From: Lama glama
Lineage: Eukaryota
Assembly (NCBI GenBank): GCA_028534125.1
Contig: CM052817.1
Coordinates: forward strand, 63,056,001-63,120,000
Direction of reading: 5' to 3'
Length of the DNA: 64,000 bases
A program made the translations under genes and the position numbers. Shown here piece by piece: positions 1 through 12,684 of this stretch. Under the pieces are notes generated by a model. The model ran no database searches and had not been told where the DNA came from. It saw only the letters and a program-made list of their open reading frames with translations. Each line of letters opens with the position of its first letter. Position 1 is the stretch's first letter.

Positions 1-694
1 AATTTACATTGATGTTATACTTTTAGCTTCATGCTAGTGGGAAAATATCTAAAGGAAAATTGTTTATAGGTTTTCAGTTGTCTTTGTAAATAAAAAAACT
101 AACATAGCAATTAGCTAAAGTATATCTAAATATACGTAAAATATACTGCATATATATTGTCAACTATAGGTAATATGTAATATAATATAAATATATAATA
201 TGTATTATATTTAGTTTTGAAAGTCCCTATCTACAACTCTTGTATTAAAGACAATTTATAACCTTTTTTTCTGCATTATGTTGCATTTTGAAATCCTAGA
301 AACAATGCTTCTCTATTTCAACTGCTAAAAGGTTTTATCTAACAGATAATAAAACATTTTCCCATGTATTTCCAGAATCATTTTAAATGATCCAGGGCTC
401 ATGTCTTTTGATGACTTATGTTAATCTTCCAAGTGCTAATGTTGCTTTTCAGAAGAATCTATTAATAATGATGTTATATAGAAAGAATCCTTGGTATATA
501 AATATGTAAAATCCAAGCAACATTCTTATGGACTTCATTTAATTTCCATACGTACGAGCCATGCACAGGCTTTTTTTTCTTCGTGATTGTTGGTATTGTT
601 ATTATTATTTTCACTTGATATAGCTTTTGATTAATCAGTTAAGAGTTCGAGAGTTGAGAATGTGTCAATAGCCTAGTTCAAAATCCATCTCAAA

Positions 695-1620
695 CTTTAA
701 TTTCAAACCTATAGAAAGATTGAAAAAAATAGTAAAATGAACACTTTCAAACACTTCAGCCAGATTTACCAAATATTAGCCTATGCAATCTCTCTGCCCC
801 CTGCTCTTCATATATGTGTTTATTTATATCTAATCATTTGACATTAGTTTGTAGACATCATTCCACATACTCCTAAATAATGCAATATATATTCTCCTAA
901 AAACTAAAATACACTCCTATATAAGACCAATACCATAATTATACCCACGAAAGAAAACACTGACCCAATATGATCAGTTATAAGGATTATATAACATTTA
1001 TATTCAAAACTTCCTAATTATCCAAATGATGTTCTTGGTAACTCTTCTGTTGCTGTTTTTTATTTATTTAAATCTAGAATCCCATTGTAAATCACACATG
1101 GCATTTTATTGTTTTGCCATGTCAGTCTCCTACAGAACAGCTCCCCAGCCTCATGTTGTGTTTTATATCCTTGATATTTTGAATGGTCCAGATCAGTTGT
1201 TTTGCAGAAGACCTCTCTGATTGTCTCCACATAAACAGATTCAACTGAAGTACTTTTGGTAAGAATCCTGCAAAGTACAACCACTACATAGGCACTTACC
1301 ATTACGTCACCTCAAGGATAAACATCAGTTTATCCTATTATTGAAGATACCGAATTAGATCATGTTGGCTTCTATCAAGTCCTTCCATTAAACAGGCAAA
1401 GTTTTCCTTTTGTAATTAATAAGCAATCTCATTGTGATGGCATCCATTTAGGTTTCAGCGTCCATTAATGATACTTGTGTGAATTGAGTTTATATTGAAA
1501 GTTATAAAATGGAAAAATCTAATTTTACTATTTCTTACAAATTTATAGCTATCAAATTTTGTCAAGAAGAATGTTTCTTTATCCTTATTACCTCATTTTT
1601 TCAGTATTTTTATGGATTCA
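695..1620 (-). mobile_element. Old LINE-1 (L1MC4/L1MC5-like) 3' UTR fragment
   Basis: Resembles the reverse-complemented L1MC 3' UTR (tttaatttcaaacctatagaaagattgaaaaaaatagta...; cctcatgttgtgttttatatccttgatattttgaatggtccagatcagttgttttgcagaa). Recalled consensus; boundaries approximate. Confidence 0.65.
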
Positions 1621-1669
1621 TGGATTCTTTTTTATTCAAAAAAGTATGATACATTATTGTGAATATTAT

Positions 1670-2410
1670 TTTTAACTTTTGAATTCAAAATACTTTCAGG
1701 CTAAGAGAAAAGTTGAAAAATAATACACAGTTCACATTTGCCTTCACTATCTTCCCCTAATGTTAACAAATTCCTTAACCATAGCACATGAACAAAACTA
1801 AGAAATAAACACTGGTACAATACTTTTAACTAGAGTAGAAAGTCTATTTGGATATTCGGATTGCAGCACTTTTTCCCCCAACTAATGTCCTCTTTCTGTG
1901 ATGGGATTCAATTCAGTATTTCACACTGCAATTTGTTGTCATGTCTCTTTGGTCTTTTCCATTCTTTCCCTGTCTTTCATGACCTTAACACTTTTGAAGC
2001 ATACTAGTTAGTTTTTTGTAGAATGTTCCTCAATTTGTGTCTGACTAAATTTTCAAGATGAGATTAGGTTATGCATTTTAGGGAGGAGTACTACAAATGA
2101 TTTGTTCATCTTAGTGTATTGTATCAGATGTTCAATGATGCTGTTACGTCTCAGGCTGGTATTTCAAAACTTGACCATCTGGTTAAGGTGTTACCTTCAG
2201 AGTTTCCCTAGTGCAAAGTTATTATTTTTCCTCTTTGTAATTAATCAATAATTATAGAAGAAATGTTGAGAGTATGCAAAAATCCTCTTTCTCCTCAGTT
2301 TATCTGCCCACTGATTTTTACAACAATTGGAAGACTTTTTCTGCAGTGTGGTATCTTAACGATAACTTTCTATTTCTTTCATTGCTTCCACATGTAATAA
2401 TTGGAATTAC
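1670..2410 (-). mobile_element. Second old LINE-1 (L1MC-like) 3' UTR fragment
   Basis: tactttcaggctaagagaaaagttgaaaaataatacacag...cttcccctaatgttaaca...catgaccttaacacttttgaagcatactagttagttttttgtagaatgttcctcaatttg, typical of an antisense L1MC 3' end. Confidence 0.7.
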
Positions 2411-2469
2411 CAAGTACTTTTGTGTCTGAATATTAATTTTTCTTCCCCTCGTTTTAATATCTAAGATTC

Positions 2470-3920
2470 AGATTGCTGGGATCCATGATGAGAGTTTGTT
2501 TTCCACCATGGCTGTGCCACTTTGCACTTTCACCAGCAGTTTATGGAAATTCCAGTTGCTGCATGTTCTGGTCAGGACCTGGTACTGTCAGTGTACATGA
2601 TTTTAATTATTCTAATAAATGTGAGTGCTACTGTACTGTGTGTGTGTTTCAACTCTGTGTGACCATCACCATAATCAGGTTTGGTTATAATTCCCATACA
2701 CTCCTTCCTCCCCACACACTTCTAACTCTTGGCCATTCACCGCTCATCCGTTCTCCACATTATACTTGTGTCGGTTTGAGAATACAATATAAATAGAATC
2801 ATATATAATATTTAGAGACTAGCTTTTTTTTTTGCTCAGCATTAGGCACTTGATATACTATATACAGTCACAACCATATATAGTGTTGCACATATTAAAA
2901 GACTTTTTATCAATGAGTAGTATTCCACTGTTCGCATGCACCACAGTTTTTGTATCTATGCAGAAGCTGAAAGACATTTGGGTTGTTTCCTCATTGAGGG
3001 TTTGAACATATCATCTGCAAATAGACATACTCATTCTTTCTTTCAAATATATACTCTTTTATTTCTTCTTCTTATTATATTGCACTGGTTGTGATTTCCA
3101 GAACTAGCTGAATGAGAGTGGCAAGAAGGACATAGCATGCTTCATTCTTAAACTTAGGGGCAGAAAGTTAAGATCTGCATTATTAATCATGAGATTAGCT
3201 AGAGCGGTTTTTATTTTTTGTTTGCTTGTTTTAAAGATATCATTTATTAGTTAAGAATGTCTCCTTTCATTCTGAGACTGCCAAGTGTTTTTATCAGGAA
3301 TGGATGTTGAACTTGTCAAATAATATTTCTGCTTTTATCTTTAGCTTGTTAATATGGTGAATTATACTGATTGGTTTTTAAGTTTTGGACCAGTTTCCTG
3401 GGGTAAATCCTATTTCTTTGTCGTACATTATTGCTTTTACATTTTGCTGCGTACAAAATGTTAATATTCTACTGAGAATTTTTGTGTCTATATTCATGAG
3501 GTGTATTGATGTACAGTTTTTATTTCTCATAATATCTTTGTTTGCTTTTAGCATTAGAGTAACAAAAGACTCATTAAATGAATGGGTATTGTTTTCATCT
3601 TATCTGGTATCTATTTTCTGAAAGACACTTGTGGAATTTGGTTTATTTCTTTCATAAACGCATGGGTGAATTCACTGTGAACATATCTGAGATTGGTTTC
3701 ATTGTTGAAAGATTTTAAATTACGTATTAAATTTCTTTAATGGATATAGCCCTATTAAATTATTTCTTTTTGAGTAAGTTTTGGTATTTTGTTCTTTTAA
3801 GAAGTTGGTCTATTTCATCTAGGTTGTCAAATTTGTGGGCATAGAGTTATTTGCAGAATTCCTTTCTTATCATTTTAATATCTATATACTATGCAGTGAT
3901 TAATACTCCTTCATCCCTAA
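2470..3920 (-). mobile_element. Mosaic of antisense L1M ORF2 fragments with an L1MC1/2-like 3' UTR piece (~2640-2990)
   Basis: Antisense ORF2 hallmarks (tcatctgcaaatagaca = antisense of the FADD region; tttgtgtctatattcatgagg; ggtctatttcatctaggttgtcaaatttgtgggcatagagtt) plus 3' UTR motifs gagtagtattccactgtt and gacatttgggttgtttcc. Confidence 0.75.
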
Positions 3921-3949
3921 ATATATGTTCTCAGAACACTCTACCTGAA

Positions 3950-4240
3950 GAAATCCTAAGGCCTTTTGTCCTCCTCTCAGATCTCTTTTCAATTATCTTA
4001 TCGAAGAGAATTTTCCAGACCATTTACCCTACTCAGTTTTTGTTCATACACTCTTATCGTGACCTAGAATATTACCTACGCTTTTCTGTTTATTTTCTTT
4101 CCTGACTTCCATTAATATTCAAATTCCATGAGAACAGAGACTTCAAGTTTTGTTTAATTCCATATCCCCAGGGCCTAGAGTTCTATTAGCAGGTGTAGGC
4201 ACTTAAGAAATACGATTTTGTATATTTACTGGGTAAATTA
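3950..4240 (+). mobile_element. L2 (L2a-like) 3' end
   Basis: aattccatgagaacagagacttc...atatccccagggcctagag...gtaggcacttaagaaata matches the L2 terminal consensus. Confidence 0.6.
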
Positions 4241-7200
4241 ATGAGGAGAACATGCTCTAAACTGATGTATACAAACTCATATTGTTATTAATTGCTGATG
4301 CACAGGTATGTTGAAGTACTGTATATCTGTATGCATGTACAAACAAATGCAACTCGAGTTTCAAAACAAAGCACAACAAAAACAGTGCATGGTTACTCAC
4401 ATCCTTATCCGTAATATTTTTTCAATCCTTCAAAGGACAAGAATAATCATAAAAGGAGAAGAATAACACAAAAATTAGAAATCCTGTCTACCAATGAGAA
4501 AAAGAAAAAAAGAGAGACAACAATCTTATTATCTCCAACTCCTACAGTCTGTGAGTTTCTTTCTTCTTTTCTTCCCTCCCTCTCTCCCTTCCTTCCTTCC
4601 TTTATTTTGCAAGAAAGATTAATGGAGGCAAAGAAAATGCAACATGTCTGTATAGAGAACTAGATCCTGTACAAGTTACTAGGCTGTGGTTGAGATCTCT
4701 GACCATTTATTATTTTGAAAGAAACTGAAATGGCTCTGTCGGATGTTGTATAATGTACCAAGATCAACAAAATGCCCAGCCCCCTTGCCATGATGAACAG
4801 CAATATATTTGGGCATCTAATAATTATATTCACTCTAACTTGTTTGCTCATTTTTCATTGTCAGCACCCATAGAGATGAAAGAAATTAGTTTCATTATTG
4901 ATGACTTTTAAATACAGACAAGCTTGAGGGGAAATATAGACAAGTTTGAGGAGGGATGAATCCAGACAGATGCATGTGCTCCAAAATGAATGTTATATCT
5001 AAGTAGCTCCTGTTAAAGAACAGTAATTAAAATGGTGCTTTGGATGATGTCCTTACAAGTCATCTTCTTCAAGCTGTCATTTACTTACATCCATGTGTGT
5101 TAAAATGCCCTTACTATAAAGGTCACACAGAAAAACCACATAGATAATTTTGACGGATATCACCTTTGACTTTTGCTCACACATACACATAGAGAGACAG
5201 TTTGAATAGCAGATCCCTTTGGGGTGAAGTCCTGAAATCTTTGCATATGACTCAACTTGCAACTCTAATGTACTATTCATTCATCTATGGAGCTTTCTTG
5301 GGAGATAAGAAGCTTCAAAATGAAAATAGTAAATGTTCCTGCTTCCGAGCATCTCCCCAGTAATTCATACTGTCTGGACAGCTTTACACAGTTCTTTCCC
5401 CTAGTTTCTTTTGTGACCCTTGCTTGAGCAGAATAAAATGAGGAAAAGTTCAAGTTTAAAATATTCCAAAAGAAAAGTAACTTTAAAAACTTTTCATCTA
5501 TACATAATAAAAGAATAATTTAATACAATGAATTCCTAGCAATGCTAATCAACTTCCTGAAAATCATCAGGCTAAAACAATCATTTGCCCTGTATTATCA
5601 TTCTGACCTTTTTGTGACTGAGCCCCTACAAGTAAATGATGTGGCATTTCCTTCACTAAAAAGATTTTTTTGACCATTTCCATGAAACATACATTAAGTT
5701 GTTTTGGAAGTCACCACTAATAACCTTGCCCTTTAGACCTCAGCTTGCAGAGATAATGAGTCGGGGTTTGCTGAAAATTTCATCTTTGCTTCAGGTCAGG
5801 GTATTGAATGACCCAGCCCAGTAAAACATAGTGCTGTTTCTTTATTCTCATCACAATTGGGAAGTAAAATTTCATTAGCTAACTGATTGGTGAACTGTGG
5901 ATGGTTAATTGAAATATGATGCATCAATTGGGAAGCTTTGCTGCTCTTCTAGCACTCTGAAGTTGTGAGGCAGACGGGAAGACTCAGGGAAGTTCCAGAA
6001 GTTCTTCAGTAGGAAGCTCATTTAGCCCTTAATAAATGCTGTCTCTAGAAAATAAATCTGAATTCATTGTATCCTTTTCCAAAAAGTTTTCTCAGAATGT
6101 TCCTCTAACTCTAAGCACAGGTAGAGGAAAGAGGGATTGGATCTTTAGCCTATTTATTATTTGAAACATAAATTTAGTTTCTTGAAACACTTATAGCTAA
6201 AATATAAATATCTTATTTTAAATACTGAAGAGTATTATAAAATCTGAATCTCCTGTCTAGAAGCTAATCTTGTTATGATTATTATGTGTAGGAATTCATA
6301 ATTCCAATGATTAGATCAATCAATACATGACTTTGGTTGAACTGAATGGATTTATTCATCTACACATTAGTTAGCGCCCCTTGCTATATTAGGCAAGGTA
6401 AAAACACAGAAAAACAAAACATGGGGCCCACCTTTAAATTGAAGAGATAGGAAAACAGCCAATAATTATAATACTGTAGCAAAGACTGCAACAGAAATCA
6501 TCAGTCCAAAAAAAAGAAAGATAGAATCAGTACATATGTATACATATATAATTGTATATAAAATTGGAGAGCACTTATAGTTCTAAGATTCATCACATAT
6601 TTGCTTTATGATATTTTGTTTTCACTAAAGGTATTAGTATGCATGTATAGTTTTAAGAGTGCTTGAATTTTCATAAGTATGCCTTAATTTCATACATTTT
6701 ATATTTTAATACAAGAATTTAAACTCTTCCAAACGTTTCTTGATAGCCTCGTTCACAAAGAGGTGCCTGCACACAAAATGCCAGCTTACTTTAGTCCAGG
6801 GAAGACTTGGAGTGAGACTACCATATGCCTGTCTCCAGCCTCTCACAGAATGCTAAGACACACAATTTGCAGTAGCCATGTCCAGGGATGAGCAATTTTA
6901 CGTGATTCAACAGTTTCAAGTCATCCCATAAAAAGACTGGCCTCAGGTTATCCTGAGATATCTCTGGTTGTGCCTGGTTGTATACAGGTAGCGCTTTTAG
7001 TCAGCTCATCTGACTGATGTCTTCTCTCCTTAGTTGCCATCCATAGTGGTGCCTCAGTGGATGGCGAAATTACTTCCTGCTCTGCTGGTAGGCACTCATC
7101 TCTCTTCTCCAGCTCGAATATTAACTCATGGGTGTCAAGGGGAGATGTCCTCTTCTGGGAAAAGCACCTACACTGCCTTACTGCAATAGTCATTTTTCCA

Positions 7201-7519
7201 AGCTCTCCTGGAAATGCCTGCTATCTAAAGTTCCTCTCCTATCTAATAAATAACATCAGGGAGTTGTTCTACCTTCCAGAGAAGTCCATCTTTCTCTACT
7301 TTGCCATTCATAAACAAAAGAGCATGCAAGCATTCTCACTGCTGCTGCCTGAGATCAAGTGAAAGTGCTTATCCTTGATTTCATTATGTACAAAAGGAAA
7401 TAACCCTGAGTAATTACCATGTTTTATATTATCCAGCTCAAAGAATTATACTAGAGACCAAGATTATGGATGTTGTTGGGTGTGAGCATATTGTTTCACC
7501 TCTGAAGCTCTACACAGAG

Positions 7520-7820
7520 TCAGTCCCCTCTGTATGAAGACCCTTTTCCCTGCTTCTCCTAGGGCTTAATTCTTCAGTCCTTGCTTAAATATTCCTGTCT
7601 CCAGATTTTTCAGATACATGAATATATATCAGATGTTCCTGCTTTGTGCATGCACATCAATTTTATTCTTATTACCATAACCCTCATCATATTTCTATTG
7701 TACTTATTATTTTCCCTTGTAAAACTGACGAGAGCAGGGATTTTATCTAATTTGTTTAGCACTGTAGCTGCATGTTGAGTACTCAAGAAATATGTTTTGA
7801 ATAAACACTGAATAGATCAG
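7520..7820 (+). mobile_element. L2 3' end
   Basis: tgtaaaactgacgagagcagggattttatctaatttgtttagcactgta...gagtactcaagaaatatgttttgaata. Confidence 0.55.
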
Positions 7821-7889
7821 TAAATCTAATTACAACAGCACCACATAATTCATATATATTCAAAGATAGTAGAGAAATGTATGAAAATC

Positions 7890-8110
7890 AAATGCTACAA
7901 ATGGTACATAATATCTGCAACTTATTCGCAGATAGTTGAGAAAAATAGTAATAATATGTATACAGAAATAATGGAATGGTAATTTTAGCAAATTTAACTA
8001 CTTGATGACCCTAGGTAAAGGATACATGGGGTTTCTTTTTTAAATTCTCACATTTCTGTTTTTTTGAAACTGTTTTGAAATAAGTTACATTTTAAAAATA
8101 TTTAAAAATC
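7890..8110 (+). mobile_element. Old L1 (L1MB/L1MC) 3' terminal fragment
   Basis: ataatatctgcaacttattcgcagatagttgagaaaaa...ctaggtaaaggatacatggggtttctt, followed by an A-rich end. Confidence 0.6.
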
Positions 8111-8397
8111 TAAAAAAACGCACATTAAATTGTATTTATATCAGCAGGACATTTTAATTACTTGGAAATATTAATGTATTTGTGTGTATACACATAAAAG
8201 TAAAATCTCATAAAAATGATTATTAGAACACCCCATTCTATAAATATGCCAGAGAAGAAAAAAGGTAATTCTATTTGTTTTGAAGGCATTCAGGACATGT
8301 TACCACAAATATGCCACTTTAGTATATCATTTATTTTGAACTTGGAAACACTTGAGAAGACAGCAGATGCAGGAAGAGACTTTCTCTGAACGCCTCT

Positions 8398-8481
8398 TTT
8401 TTAATTTAATATTGTTTTTATTGAGATATAGTCAGTTTAACAATGCTGTGTCTATTTCTGGTGTATAGCACAATGCTTCAG
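8398..8481 (-). mobile_element. Very short 5'-truncated young L1 3' tail inserted in the LTR
   Basis: T-rich tail then ttgagatatagtcagtttaacaatgctgtgtctatttctggtgtatagcacaatgcttcagtc. Flanked by imperfect direct repeats tctgaacgcctct (8385-8397) and tctgaactccttt (8482-8494). Confidence 0.75.
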
Positions 8482-8837
8482 TCTGAACTCCTTTTAATTG
8501 CTTAAAGACAGATTCTCCAAAATGAACTCAACTGTCATCAATGTCCTTCTTGGTAGTCTCATCAATCAGAGAAGGTTGACTCTTACCACAGGAAAGGTCA
8601 CTAGAAGTCCACACCACACTCCGACAACTTTGTCAAAGGTCATTCTACCCCCATCTACTCTTCCAAGGACTCATTCATCTTTCCCAAAAATCATTCACTC
8701 TTCTCCAAGTTGCCTACATCCCTCCTCCTTTTCCCCTATTTAGATGGCATGTAAGCCCCCAAATCTTACCAGTTTGGGGATTATTCACTTTTGTTTTCCT
8801 GTATGCCCTTATGTACTTAATATTAAAAATTAATAAA

Positions 8838-11378
8838 GTTGGGAGTTCTGGCTCAAGTGGTGACATAGGAAGATCCTGAACTCACCCCCTCCCATAGACA
8901 CACTGAGTTTACATCTACATACAGAACAATTTTCTCTTAAAACCACCTAAAGGCTAGCCGGAAAACTACCACATATCAAAAGTCTAAGATCACACAGCTT
9001 CACTCTGAATGCTATAACATATTCAATGAATAATTAGTATAAATTCTTCTTAAACCCTTCCAAACTCATTTTATAAGGCCAGCGAAGTCCTGATAACAAA
9101 ACCAGACAAGGATGCCACAAGAAAAGAAAATTACAGGCCAATATCTCTGATAAACATAAATGCAAAAATCCTCAACAAATGTTAGCAAACCAAATTCAAC
9201 AATGTATTAATAGTATCATACACCATGATCAAGTAGGATTTATTCCAGGGATGCAAGAATGGTTCTACATCTGCAAGTCAGTCCATGTGATACACCACTT
9301 TAACAGAATGAAGGCTAAGGTTTATATAATCATCTCAATAGATGTAGAAAAGGCTTTTGACAAAATTCAACATCCATTTATAAAAAATGTATATAAACTT
9401 CTCAACAGAGCAGATATACAGGGAATGTATCTTTAGGATCAGAAACAAAACAAGAATGCCCACTCTGGTCCTTTATTCGGCACAGTATTAGAAGTTCTAG
9501 CCAGAACAATTAGGCAAGGAAAAGAAATAAAAGTCTCCTAAATTGGAAAGAAACAATAAAACTGTCATTGTTTCCAGATGACTGATATTATATATAGAAA
9601 ACCCTAAAGACTCCATCAAAAAACTGTTAGAAGCAATAAACCAATTCAGTAAAATTAAAGGATACAAAAGCAATACTCAAAAATGTGTTGTATTTATATA
9701 CACTAATAATGAACTATCAGAAAGATTAAGTAAACAATCTCATTTATAATTGCATAAAAATAAAAAAAAATCTAGGAGTAAATTTAACCAAGGAGGTGAC
9801 AGACCAGTATACTGAAAACTACAAGACAGTAATGAAAGCAACTGAGGAAAACACAAATAAATGGAAAGATGCTCATGACTGGAAGAATTAACATTGTGTT
9901 AAAATGTCCTTACTACTCTAAGAAATCTACAGATTCAATGCAATCACTATCAAAATTCTGATGGTATTTTTCACAAAACAGAAGAAACTATCCTAAAATG
10001 TGAATAGAACCATGAAAGACCTCAAATAGTAAAAACGATCTTGAGCAAGAAAAACAAAGCTAGAGGTGTCATGCTACCTGACTTCAAACTATATAACAAT
10101 AATATAGTAATTTAAAAAAATTATGGTATAGGCATAAAAATAGACACATAGATCAATGGAAGCAAATAGAGAGCCCAGAAATGAACTCATATATATATGG
10201 TTAATTAATTTATGACAAATAAGCCAAGACTATACAATGGGGAAAGAACAGTCTCTTCAATAAATGGTGTTGGGAAAGCTGGACAGCCACAAGCAAAAGA
10301 ATGAAACTGGACCACAATCTTACACCATATACAAAAAATTAACTCAAAACAAATTAAAGACTTGAATGTAACACCTGAAACATGAAATGCCTAGAAGGAA
10401 ACATAGGTGTAAGCATAGATCTTGCAATGAGTTTTTTCAAACCTGACATCAAAAGCAAAAGAAACAAATATATATAAAAAAAGTGGGATAATATCAAACT
10501 AAAATTCTTCTGTATAGCAAAGAAAACCATCAACAAAGTGAAAATGCAACCTACTGAATGGGAAAAATATCTTCAAATAATGTATCTGATAAGGAGCTAT
10601 TATCCAAAATACATAAAGAACTCATATAACTCAACAGCCAAAAAGCAATCCATTAAAAATGGGCAGAAGATCTGAATAGACATTCTTCTGGAGTACACAT
10701 ATAGATGACCAACAGGTACAGGAGAAGACACTCTATATCATTAATCATCAGGGAAATGCAAATCAAAATCACAATACAACTTACCCTTATTAGAATGATT
10801 ATTTATCTAAAAGATAAGAAATAACAAGTGCTAGTGAGGATGTGGATAAAAAGGAATCCCTGTGCACTGTATGTGGGAATGTAAACTGGTACAGCCATTA
10901 TGGAAAATAATACGGAGGTTTCTCAAAAATTTAAAAGTAGAACTAACATCTGATCTAGTAATTCCACTTCTGGATATTTATCTAAAAGATAATGAAAACA
11001 CTAAAAAAGATATATGCATCCTCATATTCACTGAAGCATTATTTACAATAACCAAGATAGTGCCAATTGATGGATGAATGGATAAAGAAATTGTGATCTA
11101 TGAGTATTATTGAGTCATAGAAAAGACGGAAATCTTCCCATTTGCAACAACATGAATGGACCTCGAGGGCTTTATGCTAACTGCAATAAGTCAAACAGAC
11201 AGAGACGAATACTGTGTGATCTCTTTTATATGTAAAATGTAAAACTAAATTAGTTTTTTGAAATCTCATAGATACAGAGAACAAATTGGTGATTGCCTGA
11301 GTTAGGGGTTGTGATGTGGGAGAAATGGGGGATAAACTGCTTTTGTTTCCTTTTTTATTTTAAATAAATAGATTTTTT
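8838..11378 (+). mobile_element. LINE-1 (L1MA9-derived laurasiatherian lineage), internally deleted: 5' UTR start + ORF2 RT/C-terminal region + 3' UTR
   Basis: ORF 9179-9436 ([28 protein letters not shown]...[16 protein letters not shown]) is L1 ORF2 RT. The degenerate catalytic motif reads FPDD at 9571-9582 and is followed by a frameshift. ORF 10862-11077 HCMWECKLVQPLWK is the C-terminal cysteine-rich region. The 3' UTR contains ctcatagatacagagaacaaattggtgattgcc. Confidence 0.93.
8985..11160 (+). pseudogene. Decayed L1 ORF2 (reverse transcriptase), with multiple stops, frameshifts and deletions
   Basis: Recognisable RT motifs are spread across frames; there is no continuous ORF. Confidence 0.9.
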
Positions 11379-11910
11379 AAATAATAAATTTGTATACCTT
11401 TTCTGCTGCTACCCTGCCTGTTGTCAGTTTATTTCATAGACCCATAGATGCTAGGAAGAAAAAAATTTCCTCCATACAGTTTCATTAAATAAATACAATG
11501 AAAAGTATTCAAAATATAAAGTAAAAGTGTTAACAAAAGAATAAATAAAGATATGCTTGTCATGAATATATTCACCAAATCTTTATGGGATTTGTAGTGA
11601 CATGTACATTCATATTCTGACAATTATTAGCTATGTAACCTTGGACAAGGTTCTTAACTTCTCTATTAATAAAATATGTTTGTTAAATCTTTGCCACCTA
11701 AGTCCTGAAAATGTTAGTTTCCTAATTTTCTCTTCTATTAAGCCACTATTATTCACTACTTATGATAAACCAGGATATATTCTAAATGCACTTGGGAAAA
11801 TCTTTTAAACAATCCTAACACAGTCTAATTGGAAATACATAGAAGTCTAAGTAAAAACTTACCCCAACAACAAAATAGAAATTTCAGTAGGGTTAGTCAA
11901 AAAATACAGA

Positions 11911-11936
11911 CACACACACACACACACACACACACA
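11911..11936. repeat. (CA)13 microsatellite
   Basis: Read directly from the sequence. Confidence 0.97.
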
Positions 11937-12684
11937 AAGTAAAACACTACAGATTCTACCTTGTTTGAGAGCTTTTTCAAGTGGAGTAAAACACTTTAAG
12001 TGAATATAGAACGCTAGTGATCTGAGACTCTTTCCTAAAATATTAAGTACTCTGTGTACTTTTATTTTCTGTAACTTTCTACTAGTGATTTTTATTTACC
12101 TTAAGTTTAAATATGGCATTTTTAACTTCATGAAATAAAAATGCTTCTTTAAAAAAGAGTTGATTACCTGAATTCAAGAAATTAATTGTTTTCCCATTTT
12201 TCAGCATTACAAGATCAAATGTATAAATAAACAAATAAAATAATTATTCTGGATAATATATTTCATTTATACAAGTTTAAATAATTGATCAAATGTTTGC
12301 TGTTTAAGACTAATTTAATAGAATTTTATCCTTTATCCTCAAAAACAGCAATGTGCAAAACACATACCTATTGTGAAACCTTGTTAGAAATTAGCTCGTC
12401 AACCTAGATCTTGCTATAGTTTTAACTGTTATTTATTTTTGCCAAATGTTTATCATGGTCATAAATTATATTATATATTTATTATTTAATTCAACTAAAA
12501 TCCCATGGATCTTGTAAATTTCTCAAAAACATAAGAATTTGGTTTCTAATATGTAGGGTCTAATTATGGAAAATTTTGGTATGAATTTTCCACTTTTATT
12601 ATCTGTTTCACACATATCGGCAAATTTTGTGCCATATTTATATAACCTATTTAGAATTTATCTGCAAAGTTTTTTACGCCAAAT

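Larger units (their letters stand above)
8281..11478 (+). mobile_element. MER34-like ERV1 solo LTR, split into 8281-8837 and ~11381-11478 by nested L1 insertions
   Basis: TG...CA termini. Exact 4-bp target-site duplication GTTT at 8277-8280 and 11479-11482. The 5' end (ccacaaatatgccacttt...ttattttgaac...cagcagatgcaggaagagac) and 3' end (aataaatttgtataccttttct...ttgtcagtt) are MER34-like. Confidence 0.8.

Noticed and set aside
6948..7362. Overlapping 81-aa and 101-aa ORFs
   Set aside because: No recognisable domain, promoter or processed-pseudogene hallmarks such as poly(A) or TSD.
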